A stretch of 64,000 bases of DNA, from the IMG/VR virus record IMGVR_UViG_3300005573_000052, one strand, 5' to 3'. Below are positions 1 to 9,052 of this stretch, one piece after another. Source of the DNA: a virus. Position 1 is the first letter of the stretch; the number at the start of each line of letters is the position of its first letter. A program made the translations under genes and the position numbers. The notes beneath the pieces are model-generated. The model searched no databases and had not been told where the DNA came from. It was given only the letters and a program-made list of their open reading frames with translations.

Positions 1-7
1 GTTCGCC

Positions 8-1294
8 ATGTTCAAGCGCGACAACCCCGGCGTCAAGGCCAAGCTGCACTTTCACACCTCGTTCTCCGAGAAGGGCATGGGCTGGGACATCGAAAAGCTG
101 GCGAAGTATCACGGTATCAAGACAGAGGACATCCTGTGCACCTACGTGTGCAAGGCGTGCGGTGCGTGGCTTATCGCCCCCTATACCGGCGAAGATATCA
201 ACTGCCCGGTATGTCACGCCGAAAAAAGCATGGTGACCGCCAGCATCGTCCACGGCGTGCCGGGCGACCAGATGAGACTCGTCTATGGGGTTGCGGATGC
301 GTGCCTGAGCATCTTCACCTCGGGCGGACAGGAATACCATAACGTCCAGTCGCTGCTCTGCGGCAAGCCCGTCGCTATCACCAACTATTCATGTGGCGAG
401 GATTTCTGCACCGACGAAACCGGCCCCTTCGTCTACCCCATCCGGTGGAAACCGTATGACGAGGCGGGGACGAATTTCACCAAGGCCGCGAGCGATGCGA
501 CTGAAATCGCCCGTTTCATGCGCAAGGTGGTCAATACGTCGAAGCGTGACTTGGCAGCATCGGCGGAAAAGGGGCGCGACTGGGCGGTGCGTAATTTCAG
601 TATCGAGACCATCGGGGCGCAGTGGGATAAGCTGTTTGCGTCGTTGCCCTCCAATCTGGACTGGAGCACCGTGGACCTGACCAAGGCCGCGCCCAAGAAC
701 CCGGATTATCGCCCCGCAGCGGAAATCACGGACGACGGGAGCTGGCTGAAGGACATCTATCAGGGCATTCTGAATATGGCGGTGTCGGACCGGGATGAGG
801 GATTATTGCACTGGCTGGAGCGACGACGGGCGGGTATCACCCGGGAGCAGATTCTCGCGTTTTTCGTCCAGACGGCCCAGCAGGAGAACCAGAAGAATGG
901 GCATAGCACGGCGGGCGCGCCGACTGACTTTGGCGCGTTGCTGGACAATACGGGCAGGAAGCGAGGGCTAATCGTCATCAAGGAGAGCGTGGGCGACATC
1001 TGCATGGTCACATCCCTGTTCCCCTCATTCCACCGCCAGCATCCTGACACGGACCTGTATGTCATGGTGGGCCCCAAATATGCCGAGTTGCTGGCGGGCA
1101 ATGAGCATGTCCACAAGGTGCTGCCCTACATCCCGGCGGGCGAATTGGAGTTGGCGATGATTGGACAGGGGACGGGGCGGGCTCTGTTCGATTGTTTTTA
1201 TCACCCGGCTATCACCGCTCAACGCCACCTTGGCTACCTCAGTTCGCCCGAGCCCGAGTTCGACGTGAAAGACAAGACGGAGACCCAATCATGA
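8..1294 (+). CDS. Multidomain glycosyltransferase (GT-B/GT4-like C-terminal half, DUF4214-like helical segment, GT9-like N-terminal domain); probably truncated at the window edge
   Basis: GT4-like end (GRDWAVRNFSIETIGAQWDKLF), CKAC..CPVC zinc knuckle, GT9-like GDICMVTSLFPSFHRQHPDTDLYVMVGPKYAELL. Confidence 0.7.
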   Translation: MFKRDNPGVKAKLHFHTSFSEKGMGWDIEKLAKYHGIKTEDILCTYVCKACGAWLIAPYTGEDINCPVCHAEKSMVTASIVHGVPGDQMRLVYGVADACLSIFTSGGQEYHNVQSLLCGKPVAITNYSCGEDFCTDETGPFVYPIRWKPYDEAGTNFTKAASDATEIARFMRKVVNTSKRDLAASAEKGRDWAVRNFSIETIGAQWDKLFASLPSNLDWSTVDLTKAAPKNPDYRPAAEITDDGSWLKDIYQGILNMAVSDRDEGLLHWLERRRAGITREQILAFFVQTAQQENQKNGHSTAGAPTDFGALLDNTGRKRGLIVIKESVGDICMVTSLFPSFHRQHPDTDLYVMVGPKYAELLAGNEHVHKVLPYIPAGELELAMIGQGTGRALFDCFYHPAITAQRHLGYLSSPEPEFDVKDKTETQS

Positions 1295-2565
1295 CCAAGC
1301 TAGTATCCCAATATGCCAAGGCTACAGGCCTGACGGTGTCGAAGCCAAACATCAAGGAGCAGTTCTATCCCATAGCGTTTGACCGGTATGTCACGTTGCA
1401 GACGGGCGCGGGTCAGGACCCCAAAAAATACAGCTACTATCAGGAAGTTATCGCGCTGGTCAAGCCCATCCTCGACGCCAACCATATCATCATCCTGCAT
1501 CTCGGCGGCAAGGACGACCCGCAGGTCAACGGCGTGCATGATTTGCGCGGCAAGACCACCTTCCTGCAAGCCAACTATCTCATCAAGCGCGCGGTCGCCC
1601 ATATGGGCAACGATAGCTGGCTGATGCACTGCGCGGGCTGGCACTTCAAGCCACTGATAGGCCTGTTCGGCTCCACCCACCCGGATCAACACGGCCCCTA
1701 TTGGTGCGACCCGGCCAACACGGTGCTGCTTCAGTCCCACCGCTGGGGTGGAAAACCGACTTACAGTGCGGGCGAGAATCCGAAGAGCATCGACACCATT
1801 CCGCCCGAACAGGTGGCTAACGCCCTCCTGCGCCTCCTCGGCATTAAGGACCAGTTTGCCTACCAGACCCGGTTCATCGGCCTGCTCTACACTGCCACGG
1901 TCATTGACCTCATCCCCGACTCCTTCCCGAACGCCGAGTTCTTGCCGGGCGCGCCGCTCAACGTCCGCATGGACTATTTGCACAACGAGCAGGTGCTGGC
2001 TGACCTGCTGGCAACGGGCCGTAGGGTTAACATCTTCACCAAGGCCCCGATGGACATCAACTTGCTGAACAACCATCGGGGTCAGGTGCTGTCCTACAAC
2101 CATGAGCTGGACGCGGGCACAGACGAGGCCAAGCTGCCCACCCTGCAATACGTGGACTTGATTCGCGCTGTGTGCCCGCACTACGCCTTCTTCACGCGCG
2201 AGCAGGACGCGGCGAAGGTCAGTGCCCTGCGCTTCCGCTACTTTGACCACGTCACGGTCGAGCAGGTCAAGGACTTGACCAAGGAGGAATATCTGGGAGC
2301 GGCGATGGCCTATCTGAACTGGAAGGGCGAAGAGAAAAGGCTTGACTTGGGTAGGGAAGTGGCGCAGACTGGCGGGGTGCTCCGGTTCAAGACCAACAAG
2401 TTCATTTTAGCGGGTGGTTCGGCCTACCTCTCATACGCTCATCTCGCCGCCAAACAACCCACTCAGTCGCTTCAGGCGAACGAGGGGGAGGTAATTGACA
2501 CTCCAGACCTGTGGAGAGATATCAATCACATGATGGTAACTTGGACTCCGGGCACACCCTCTTAA
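1291..2565 (+). CDS. GT9 (heptosyltransferase-like) glycosyltransferase
   Basis: DLRGKTTFLQANYLIKRAVAHMGNDSWLMHCAGWHFKPLIGLFGST matches the GT9 C-terminal motif; ATGA overlap with the upstream gene. Confidence 0.75.
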   Translation: MTKLVSQYAKATGLTVSKPNIKEQFYPIAFDRYVTLQTGAGQDPKKYSYYQEVIALVKPILDANHIIILHLGGKDDPQVNGVHDLRGKTTFLQANYLIKRAVAHMGNDSWLMHCAGWHFKPLIGLFGSTHPDQHGPYWCDPANTVLLQSHRWGGKPTYSAGENPKSIDTIPPEQVANALLRLLGIKDQFAYQTRFIGLLYTATVIDLIPDSFPNAEFLPGAPLNVRMDYLHNEQVLADLLATGRRVNIFTKAPMDINLLNNHRGQVLSYNHELDAGTDEAKLPTLQYVDLIRAVCPHYAFFTREQDAAKVSALRFRYFDHVTVEQVKDLTKEEYLGAAMAYLNWKGEEKRLDLGREVAQTGGVLRFKTNKFILAGGSAYLSYAHLAAKQPTQSLQANEGEVIDTPDLWRDINHMMVTWTPGTPS

Positions 2566-2571
2566 CTTCCT

Positions 2572-3399
2572 ATGTCAACCCCTCCTGACTCCCCCGCTCC
2601 TCTCTCCCGCGCCTTTGAGCGCGACGCCCGCGGCCTCATCAAGGGCGTGGATTACTTCTATACCCCCGAAGGTCTGGTGGACTATCGCCGTATGGTCTCG
2701 CCACGCTTCCTCTATGTCGCCCGTGAACACGAGGCCAAGGTGATTCAGCAGCAAAACAAGCCGTTGGCTGAGATTGACCTGCTGGCTGTGCGCGACGAAT
2801 GGCTGCGCATCAGGATCGGCGGTATCAACCAACTCGCCCAACTGCGCGGGTATACGGACCTGAATTACTCCCAGTTCCAGACTCGCGAGGGATTCGCGGC
2901 GGTCGTGTGCTCGATGACGTTCATCGGCAACTACGAGACCAGCCATCAACCATTCACCTGCTCAGCCATCGCCAGCGCCACGATGCGTTCCGTGGACCGC
3001 AATTTCACCCCCTATCTTGAGACGTTTGCCGAAAACCGGGCGTTCAGTCGATGCGTGAAGCGGGCACTCCAACTCAACATCCTCGCCGATATTGAGATTG
3101 GTGGAGATGGGCGGGATGCGGCCAAGGATAACGGTTCGGACGCTGAGGTTCATGAGGCAGTCATTGGCACGGCCCCGGGCGGCTTTGAGCCCAAGGACGA
3201 GCTGGCTCGCCTCTGCGCGGCGCAGAAGACCCCCATCACGTTTGAGGCCCTGAAGACCGGCGCGCTGAAATACGTGGCGGAACTGAAGTCCAACCCGGCG
3301 GAATGGACGGGGTTTGATTCCATCCAGCCCATTGATGCCTACGTGCTCATCAACAAGATTCGTGACGGGGCGAACAAGGTCAAGGCAGGGCAACGGTAA
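2572..3399 (+). CDS. Possible single-strand annealing/recombination protein (Rad52/Sak/ERF-like)
   Basis: ETFAENRAFSRCVKRAL resembles the SSAP AET.A..RA motif; size and acidic tail fit. Confidence 0.4.
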   Translation: MSTPPDSPAPLSRAFERDARGLIKGVDYFYTPEGLVDYRRMVSPRFLYVAREHEAKVIQQQNKPLAEIDLLAVRDEWLRIRIGGINQLAQLRGYTDLNYSQFQTREGFAAVVCSMTFIGNYETSHQPFTCSAIASATMRSVDRNFTPYLETFAENRAFSRCVKRALQLNILADIEIGGDGRDAAKDNGSDAEVHEAVIGTAPGGFEPKDELARLCAAQKTPITFEALKTGALKYVAELKSNPAEWTGFDSIQPIDAYVLINKIRDGANKVKAGQR

Positions 3400-3688
3400 C
3401 GAAAAAGGTTAGCCATGACGGGCTCTCCCTCAACTCCCGCCGATTCAACGGCCCCGTGTGCCGGCCTCGGCTCTGAGCGATTGTTAGCCGTTTCCTCTGT
3501 GAGCAGGCATGGCACGTTACACGAGTGGGAGCTGTGTGCTGATGGAATCTACTATTCCCGTTGCGGGCGCACATGGGAGAAACCGGAAAACCTACAGAAT
3601 ACCACGGAGGCGATAAAGCGGTGCCGCTTTTGCTTTCCGGCTAATATTGACAGTCAGACGCAGCCACCATCACCAATCAGCCTTAACC

Positions 3689-3913
3689 ATGCCAACCTTG
3701 ACGCCTGAAAACAAAAACGTGAGTGCCAGCCGGACAAATAAGGTCGTTATTCGTGGTGTCCTTGTCAGGGGTCTCCTGAAATCGTGGGCATGGTTCTGGT
3801 GCATAATCGCCGCGCCATTTGGATACATAACCGTGCTCTGCTCCTTAATCGGACTTGGCCCGAAGAAGGCTAAAAATTGGGCAAAACACTGCGGACTTCC
3901 GTGGTTTCCCTAA
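3689..3913 (+). CDS. Small hypothetical membrane protein
   Basis: ORF with hydrophobic stretch WAWFWCIIAAPFGYITVLCSLIGLG. Confidence 0.45.
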   Translation: MPTLTPENKNVSASRTNKVVIRGVLVRGLLKSWAWFWCIIAAPFGYITVLCSLIGLGPKKAKNWAKHCGLPWFP

Positions 3914-3976
3914 CAAACGCACTTCAGACACGAGCGAAGCGAGTCGTCTGTAAAGCAATAGTTAGACTTTCACTTT

Positions 3977-4213
3977 ATGATTAAAGGACGAAAATTTTAC
4001 GAAAAAAACTGGAGACGGCTAGAGCAAAACGAGATTCCAGCTTACGGAGACGTTTGGTTCCCCGGCGGCCCATGTTCAGGATGGAAGCCAAGAGTCTTAA
4101 AAGAAGGCGAGGACTGTTTAGACCCCGTTGGTGCTCAGGATGGGGCTATTTACCGGAAACGTAATGGAAAGAAGCCGGAATTTTGGACGCCTAACGAAAA
4201 AGGCCAAACATGA
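3977..4213 (+). CDS. Hypothetical protein
   Basis: First of three ORFs joined by ATGA overlaps. Confidence 0.55.
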   Translation: MIKGRKFYEKNWRRLEQNEIPAYGDVWFPGGPCSGWKPRVLKEGEDCLDPVGAQDGAIYRKRNGKKPEFWTPNEKGQT

Positions 4214-4470
4214 CGCACTCTCATTCATCTCTAACAAATTATCCGGCAACGTGTGCGGCATTGCCTGTGCCGCCGGATTCGGCGGAGGACGCTTTATTAC
4301 CAGAAACAGAAGTTCGGGCGGAGTATGACCGCCTGTGCAAGCAACTCGACACAACCAAATGGACCGCCGCCGATTACGGAACTTTTTTCTGTTTCTTTTC
4401 CCACGGGTGGTATGGTCGCGCTTCTGAAGCGGCCTATCAACAGAAGCCGAACGGTCCCGATGACGCATGA
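4210..4470 (+). CDS. Hypothetical protein
   Basis: ATGA coupling on both sides. Confidence 0.55.
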   Translation: MTHSHSSLTNYPATCAALPVPPDSAEDALLPETEVRAEYDRLCKQLDTTKWTAADYGTFFCFFSHGWYGRASEAAYQQKPNGPDDA

Positions 4471-4700
4471 TGAAACCGGCCAAAACACTCTCAAAGACGC
4501 AGCGAAATTCGCTGTGTCTGACAGGTGATTGGGCGCAGGAGATGCGAAAGCACCAAGAGCGCGCCGCAGTAGCGCGTGATATGATGTATCGCTCCGATAC
4601 GCTCATTGAGCATAAAAGGTGGAAGGCTTTCTGCGAAAGCCGCGAGCGAATGGCCGAGACATGCGTCCCTCTAGCACCCAACACCAAAATTGTGCCATAA
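4467..4700 (+). CDS. Hypothetical protein
   Basis: ATGA coupling with the upstream ORF. Confidence 0.5.
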   Translation: MMKPAKTLSKTQRNSLCLTGDWAQEMRKHQERAAVARDMMYRSDTLIEHKRWKAFCESRERMAETCVPLAPNTKIVP

Positions 4701-4761
4701 CAGGACGCAGCCTTGAGAAAATGCTTGACAAGCTGGTCAAAGTATGAATAATGGAGAGAAT

Positions 4762-4968
4762 ATGAAAAAACTTACGAAAGAATTGGTTGGCAAAACGCTC
4801 AAATGCGGGGAAGAATGGTATGGTGGTTTTGTTTTTTACGTTGGCGTATACCAAAGTCCTAAGGGCGACTTTTTGGCTGAACGAAAAGTGTATGTAAATT
4901 CATACACGAACAAGATTGAAAGGGAGAAAAAAATGCGGAAGTGTTTGTGCCTTTTGGGTTTGAGATAG
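4762..4968 (+). CDS. Hypothetical protein
   Basis: GGAGAG RBS-like site upstream; AT-rich ORF. Confidence 0.5.
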   Translation: MKKLTKELVGKTLKCGEEWYGGFVFYVGVYQSPKGDFLAERKVYVNSYTNKIEREKKMRKCLCLLGLR

Positions 4969-4998
4969 CCAGCGAATCTGACTTGCCAAACTCTAAAG

Positions 4999-5322
4999 AT
5001 GAACCAGATGGCCAATCTACCTGACATGAAAACCACCAAAAAACATGCGCGCGTGCATCTTGGCTTTGGCGATTTGTTCGGCGAGGGCGCTTGGCCGCTC
5101 CCGAAACGCTTCGATTTTCCGGACGGATCAACGCTGCGGCGCTTTGCCCGCAAGACTCCCCGAGATGGTGGAACTACCGACTGCGTGGACTGCGGCACCG
5201 CAATCTCACAGGGTGCACTCTGCGCCTCGTGCTGGGCAAAATGCGCTTTTCCATCTTCGCTGAACGTGGAGATGAGCCACGGCGCTCGCGAGGACGGAGC
5301 TAAGCACAACCCAAAACCATGA
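4999..5322 (+). CDS. Hypothetical protein with CxxC..CxxC zinc finger
   Basis: CVDCG....CASC motif. Confidence 0.5.
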   Translation: MNQMANLPDMKTTKKHARVHLGFGDLFGEGAWPLPKRFDFPDGSTLRRFARKTPRDGGTTDCVDCGTAISQGALCASCWAKCAFPSSLNVEMSHGAREDGAKHNPKP

Positions 5323-5365
5323 CGCGAGCGACGTTGGTTCTCTATCGACTGGTTAGCCACTTTTT

Positions 5366-5641
5366 ATGGACGCAATACAAAACCCAATAATCCCCGACGC
5401 CTACGCGAACTTCGCGAGGGCTTGCGCTGCGCTCGCCGAGAGCCACGGCATCTCAACCTTCCAACTCAAGATCACGCCGAAGTGGCGCGACCCGATGCCG
5501 CCGAACGTCCAAATTCACGGCGACGTGCAGATCAACTATGCGGCCACGGACGGACGCGGACGCCCATGCACAAACCTCAGCGTGTATCTGACGACCAACA
5601 CGCAACTGGGCGTCGTCCGCACACCGGAGTCTTGTGGCTAA
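5366..5641 (+). CDS. Hypothetical protein
   Basis: ORF collinear with the accessory cluster. Confidence 0.5.
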   Translation: MDAIQNPIIPDAYANFARACAALAESHGISTFQLKITPKWRDPMPPNVQIHGDVQINYAATDGRGRPCTNLSVYLTTNTQLGVVRTPESCG

Positions 5642-5683
5642 CAAACAGGTGAGCAACGCCCCGCAGAGCGTGCCGCCGACCCT

Positions 5684-5950
5684 TTGAAAACCATGAACTC
5701 TCCGAGCGTAGAACAAACTCACGAGCAACCCCCGATGCGGGGCGTTGGCTCTAGCGACAGTTCGGCAATTCGCGAGATGCACCTCGGAACAATGACCGAC
5801 GCCGAGCAGCGCCGCTGCCTCGAAATCGGGAAGCGCATCCCATCGCTGCGCTGGTGGTATTCGATGCACGCAAAACTCGGCTGCTCTCCCCGTGACGCGG
5901 TGGACGCCGGACGTTTCGCCGACGTGGAAGCCCTCTTGCCGAACATTTAG
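5684..5950 (+). CDS. Hypothetical protein
   Basis: ORF collinear with the cluster; start uncertain. Confidence 0.35.
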   Translation: MKTMNSPSVEQTHEQPPMRGVGSSDSSAIREMHLGTMTDAEQRRCLEIGKRIPSLRWWYSMHAKLGCSPRDAVDAGRFADVEALLPNI

Positions 5951-6020
5951 CTCAGCCACGGCGCAAGCCGTTGGCTGGGGCGTCTGGTTGGGCGCTTCCC
6001 GACCGAAAACCAAAACATCA

Positions 6021-6263
6021 ATGCACTACAGAAACGGCCGAGAGGCCAAAAACGGTGACAAAATCGTCCGCCTGAACGGCGGCAAAATCGAAGCCTTCGG
6101 CGTGCTGCACAGCGCCACTCCGGGTAACGACTACTGCAACGGCAATATCGCCGTGGTCCAGTCCGCGCAGGAATACGCCTGCATGTGCGACTGCATCCAC
6201 GTCGATGACCTCGCGGCGATCCTCGCCGAAAAGGGCCTAGATAAACGTCCCGCTGGCAAGTGA
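6021..6263 (+). CDS. Small hypothetical protein (MHYRNGREAKNGD...)
   Basis: A-rich leader, GC3-biased codons, protein-like composition. Confidence 0.65.
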   Translation: MHYRNGREAKNGDKIVRLNGGKIEAFGVLHSATPGNDYCNGNIAVVQSAQEYACMCDCIHVDDLAAILAEKGLDKRPAGK

Positions 6264-6296
6264 TGCCTGACAGCCGGGAAAGACCGGCACCAATCT

Positions 6297-6650
6297 ATGA
6301 ACACTCGAAATCTCAACTGGGCGCAGGTGAAACCGCTGGAAGACAAGCAACTCTTCATCGGGTGCGCGTGCTGCTCGACCGCGTGCCGAATCGCTCACGC
6401 TGACCTGCCAATCGCGGTCGGCTTCGGCTCCGCTGTGCTCACGAAAGACGACGAGCTGATCTACTCCGAGACGCAGGACGGGCCGGTCTGGACCGTGGCA
6501 GACGCCGAAAAGCTCGCCGCAGCCGACCCGGATCACGACTGGCGTATCCAGAAGGACGGGCCGCTGCACGGTGAAACCTTCCAGCGCCACGCGAAAGGCA
6601 AATATGCCGGCCAGTGGGTCTGCATCGAGAGCAACCAAGGCTTCGCATGA
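6297..6650 (+). CDS. Hypothetical protein
   Basis: GC3-biased ORF with CACC motif. Confidence 0.6.
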   Translation: MNTRNLNWAQVKPLEDKQLFIGCACCSTACRIAHADLPIAVGFGSAVLTKDDELIYSETQDGPVWTVADAEKLAAADPDHDWRIQKDGPLHGETFQRHAKGKYAGQWVCIESNQGFA

Positions 6651-6804
6651 TTTCGCCCAACAAAGGAATATGACGACTAGCACCTCATAATCGCCTCTAA
6701 TTAAACAAGCAAACAAATCCGTATCAATGTGTTGCGGCGTTAGCGAGACAACCGCAGGCATTATCAGCTTTGTTTTACTCCGTCCTAAGTTAAGAGCATA
6801 GAGC

Positions 6805-6812
6805 GGTGTATA
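6805..6812 (+). promoter_or_regulatory. Putative phage late promoter GGTGTATA
   Basis: Recurrent motif, 17 nt before the ATG at 6829. Confidence 0.75.
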
Positions 6813-6828
6813 GAAGGGGAACCGCTCC

Positions 6829-7278
6829 ATGTCCTCCCTGTTCACCCCCACCCAGTTAACCAGCTATGACGCCGCGCTGGACAACGTGTTCGACACGTTC
6901 AAGCGCCCCATCATGGCGTATGTCGAGGCGCAGGCTATAACCCTGTCGTCTTCAATGACTTACAGCCGGTTCGGCCAGCATGACCAGAATGTGCTGAACC
7001 CTCCGGTCACCCCCCAAGGCACCCAGATTTACGCGTGTATCAGGTATGGCAACGGTCAAGCTTACGATTTCATGGCCCCGGGCAGTGATGTGCAGTTAAA
7101 ACTGCGCGAATCGGAAGGACTGGTTCGCATCAAGGTAGACGCGACTGGCTACGAAATCATGAAGAATGCCAAAACGGTGGTCTTGGATGGTTTCACTTTC
7201 ACCATTGACTCGACGCCGCGCCCGCATGGGCTGGTCACTCCGCACCGTTGGACATTCATGATGCGGAAAACGGATTAA
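6829..7278 (+). CDS. Putative head-closure / head-tail joining protein
   Basis: First gene of the structural module; size, beta-rich C-terminus and synteny. Confidence 0.5.
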   Translation: MSSLFTPTQLTSYDAALDNVFDTFKRPIMAYVEAQAITLSSSMTYSRFGQHDQNVLNPPVTPQGTQIYACIRYGNGQAYDFMAPGSDVQLKLRESEGLVRIKVDATGYEIMKNAKTVVLDGFTFTIDSTPRPHGLVTPHRWTFMMRKTD

Positions 7279-7282
7279 GGCC

Positions 7283-7942
7283 ATGGCCATCTACATCGAC
7301 ATCCCGTTGCGGACACGCCAAGCCATCATTGAGGAGGCGGGATTGACTGTCCGGCGCGAAGCCGAGCGGGTCATCAAACGGGAGTATTTCGACCCGGCGG
7401 TGGAGCAGATGAAGCAGGATTTTCTGAGCCATCCAGTGACGGAGGAACTGAAGCTGGGAGCGCAAAATGCCGCCAAGACGCCCAATATCAGTGGGACACT
7501 GGAAGGCGATTTCAAGCTGGATGGCGAGGACACAACCACGCCTAACCTGTTCTCGTTCATTGGGTTCAATGAGGGAGAAGACCCCACGGTGCCCATTGAG
7601 GAAGCTCTGAACTCGCGCCAACCGGGCATCGGCCCCACCCTTGAGTTTAAAGAGAAACAGAAGAATGACAAAGGGGTGAGATTCGTGTTTCAGGTGTCTG
7701 CGCCAGACGAGAACGTCATCTACAATGACACTCCCATGCCGGGGTGGGATGACATGTCGTGGGCTTACCGCATCGAGCACGGCATCCCGGGCATCGGGTT
7801 CTTTCTCAATGCCGAGCGCAAGAACAGCTTGTCGGGTGGAGGTATTCAGGTTCGCAATAAACTGCGGGGAGGGCGTTTTCGCCCGGTTAGCTACCTCACC
7901 ACCATCTTCAAGGACTTCCTGCGGCGCGCGACGCCGAAGTGA
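7283..7942 (+). CDS. Putative neck/tail-completion protein (HK97 gp10-like position)
   Basis: Synteny; basic C-terminus SWAYRIEHG...FRPVSYLTTIF. Confidence 0.45.
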   Translation: MAIYIDIPLRTRQAIIEEAGLTVRREAERVIKREYFDPAVEQMKQDFLSHPVTEELKLGAQNAAKTPNISGTLEGDFKLDGEDTTTPNLFSFIGFNEGEDPTVPIEEALNSRQPGIGPTLEFKEKQKNDKGVRFVFQVSAPDENVIYNDTPMPGWDDMSWAYRIEHGIPGIGFFLNAERKNSLSGGGIQVRNKLRGGRFRPVSYLTTIFKDFLRRATPK

Positions 7943-7953
7943 TGGGTAGAGCG

Positions 7954-7961
7954 GGTGTATA
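7954..7961 (+). promoter_or_regulatory. Putative late promoter GGTGTATA
   Basis: Intergenic, upstream of 8004. Confidence 0.75.
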
Positions 7962-8003
7962 GGAGGGGAAAGGTGTGCCTAGGCAGGCCACCGACACTCC
8001 CTC

Positions 8004-8873
8004 ATGGTCCCCCAGTTCTCCAATAACCTATACGCGAGCACCTTCCTCTGGCTTGAACATCAGTTCGCCCAGAAGGCGGTCGCGTATCAGACCCTGACGA
8101 CCCCACTCTACTACGTGCCCGACACCCAGTTGCCAGTGGGTTACGTGCGCTACAGTTCGCCTCTAAAAGGCTGGGTTTATGATTCGGGTGTCAGTGGAGC
8201 AGTGGTGATTCAAACGGTCAGCGGGGCAAGCGGCATTTTGCTCCAACGGTCGAGCGGGATGAAGATCGACTACAACAACGGTGGCATCATCCTACCCTCT
8301 TCTTATGGCACAGGTCTCACGCTGACTGGCACTTACAGCTTCCGTGAGGTCAATATGTATCAGGCCAATGAGACTCAAGAGGCCCTGATTACGCAGGGAA
8401 AGTTCTTCCGCAACCCCCGGTTCGTTTATCAAGCCACCTCAGGTATAGCTCCCTATACCTATGTCACGCCCGCCGTGTTTCTTGACATCCTCAGTTCCAA
8501 AACCGATGCATTCCAGTTTGGCGGGTTGATAGAAAGCACCGTGACCTTCACGGCGACCATTTTGGCTGAATCCACCTTCCAGCTCAACGCGTTGCTGTCC
8601 ATTTCCAGTGACCAGAAATATCAGTATCTGCCCGTCTTCAACGCCATTGATGACGTGGTGGACGAATGGGGCGATACCAAAAGCGGGCTCTACAATTACA
8701 ATGCGCTGGTTGAGATGTGGGGCACGCCCGGCAATCTCGCCTACGTCAAAAACGTGAGAACGGCCAAAATGTCGGACCGGGTCAAGGCCAACCCTCTGCT
8801 GTTCATCGGAGTGGCTGATTTCGAGATAAGCTATGTCCGGCAAGCACCGATTTCGACTAATGTGTTCGTTTGA
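8004..8873 (+). CDS. Putative tail terminator/completion structural protein
   Basis: Synteny before the tail-tube genes; Ser/Thr/Gly-rich virion-like composition. Confidence 0.5.
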   Translation: MVPQFSNNLYASTFLWLEHQFAQKAVAYQTLTTPLYYVPDTQLPVGYVRYSSPLKGWVYDSGVSGAVVIQTVSGASGILLQRSSGMKIDYNNGGIILPSSYGTGLTLTGTYSFREVNMYQANETQEALITQGKFFRNPRFVYQATSGIAPYTYVTPAVFLDILSSKTDAFQFGGLIESTVTFTATILAESTFQLNALLSISSDQKYQYLPVFNAIDDVVDEWGDTKSGLYNYNALVEMWGTPGNLAYVKNVRTAKMSDRVKANPLLFIGVADFEISYVRQAPISTNVFV

Positions 8874-9036
8874 TGACTGTTTCACTCCGCTACCCCAAGT
8901 GTATCTCCTGCTCTCAACCCCTTTTTCCAGTCCAGCTAGCCCAAGGTCCAAGGTAACGTAACCCACCCCGCCCATGCCCAACGCACGTTAGCTCGGGTAA
9001 AAATAACAAGAGAATCTGTCGAATCTTGTTCTGGCG

Positions 9037-9044
9037 GGTGTATA
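9037..9044 (+). promoter_or_regulatory. Late promoter GGTGTATA driving tnpB
   Basis: 9 nt before the tnpB ATG. Confidence 0.7.
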
Positions 9045-9052
9045 GTAGGCCG

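Noticed and set aside
1300-2250. Long antisense ORFs (also 35045-35911, 35766-36794, 39353-40234, 40322-41521)
   Set aside because: Shadow ORFs of GC-rich genes with strong codon bias; no family motifs or RBS
4725-4754. sigma70 promoter at TTGACA 4725
   Set aside because: No convincing -10 at 17-18 bp spacing
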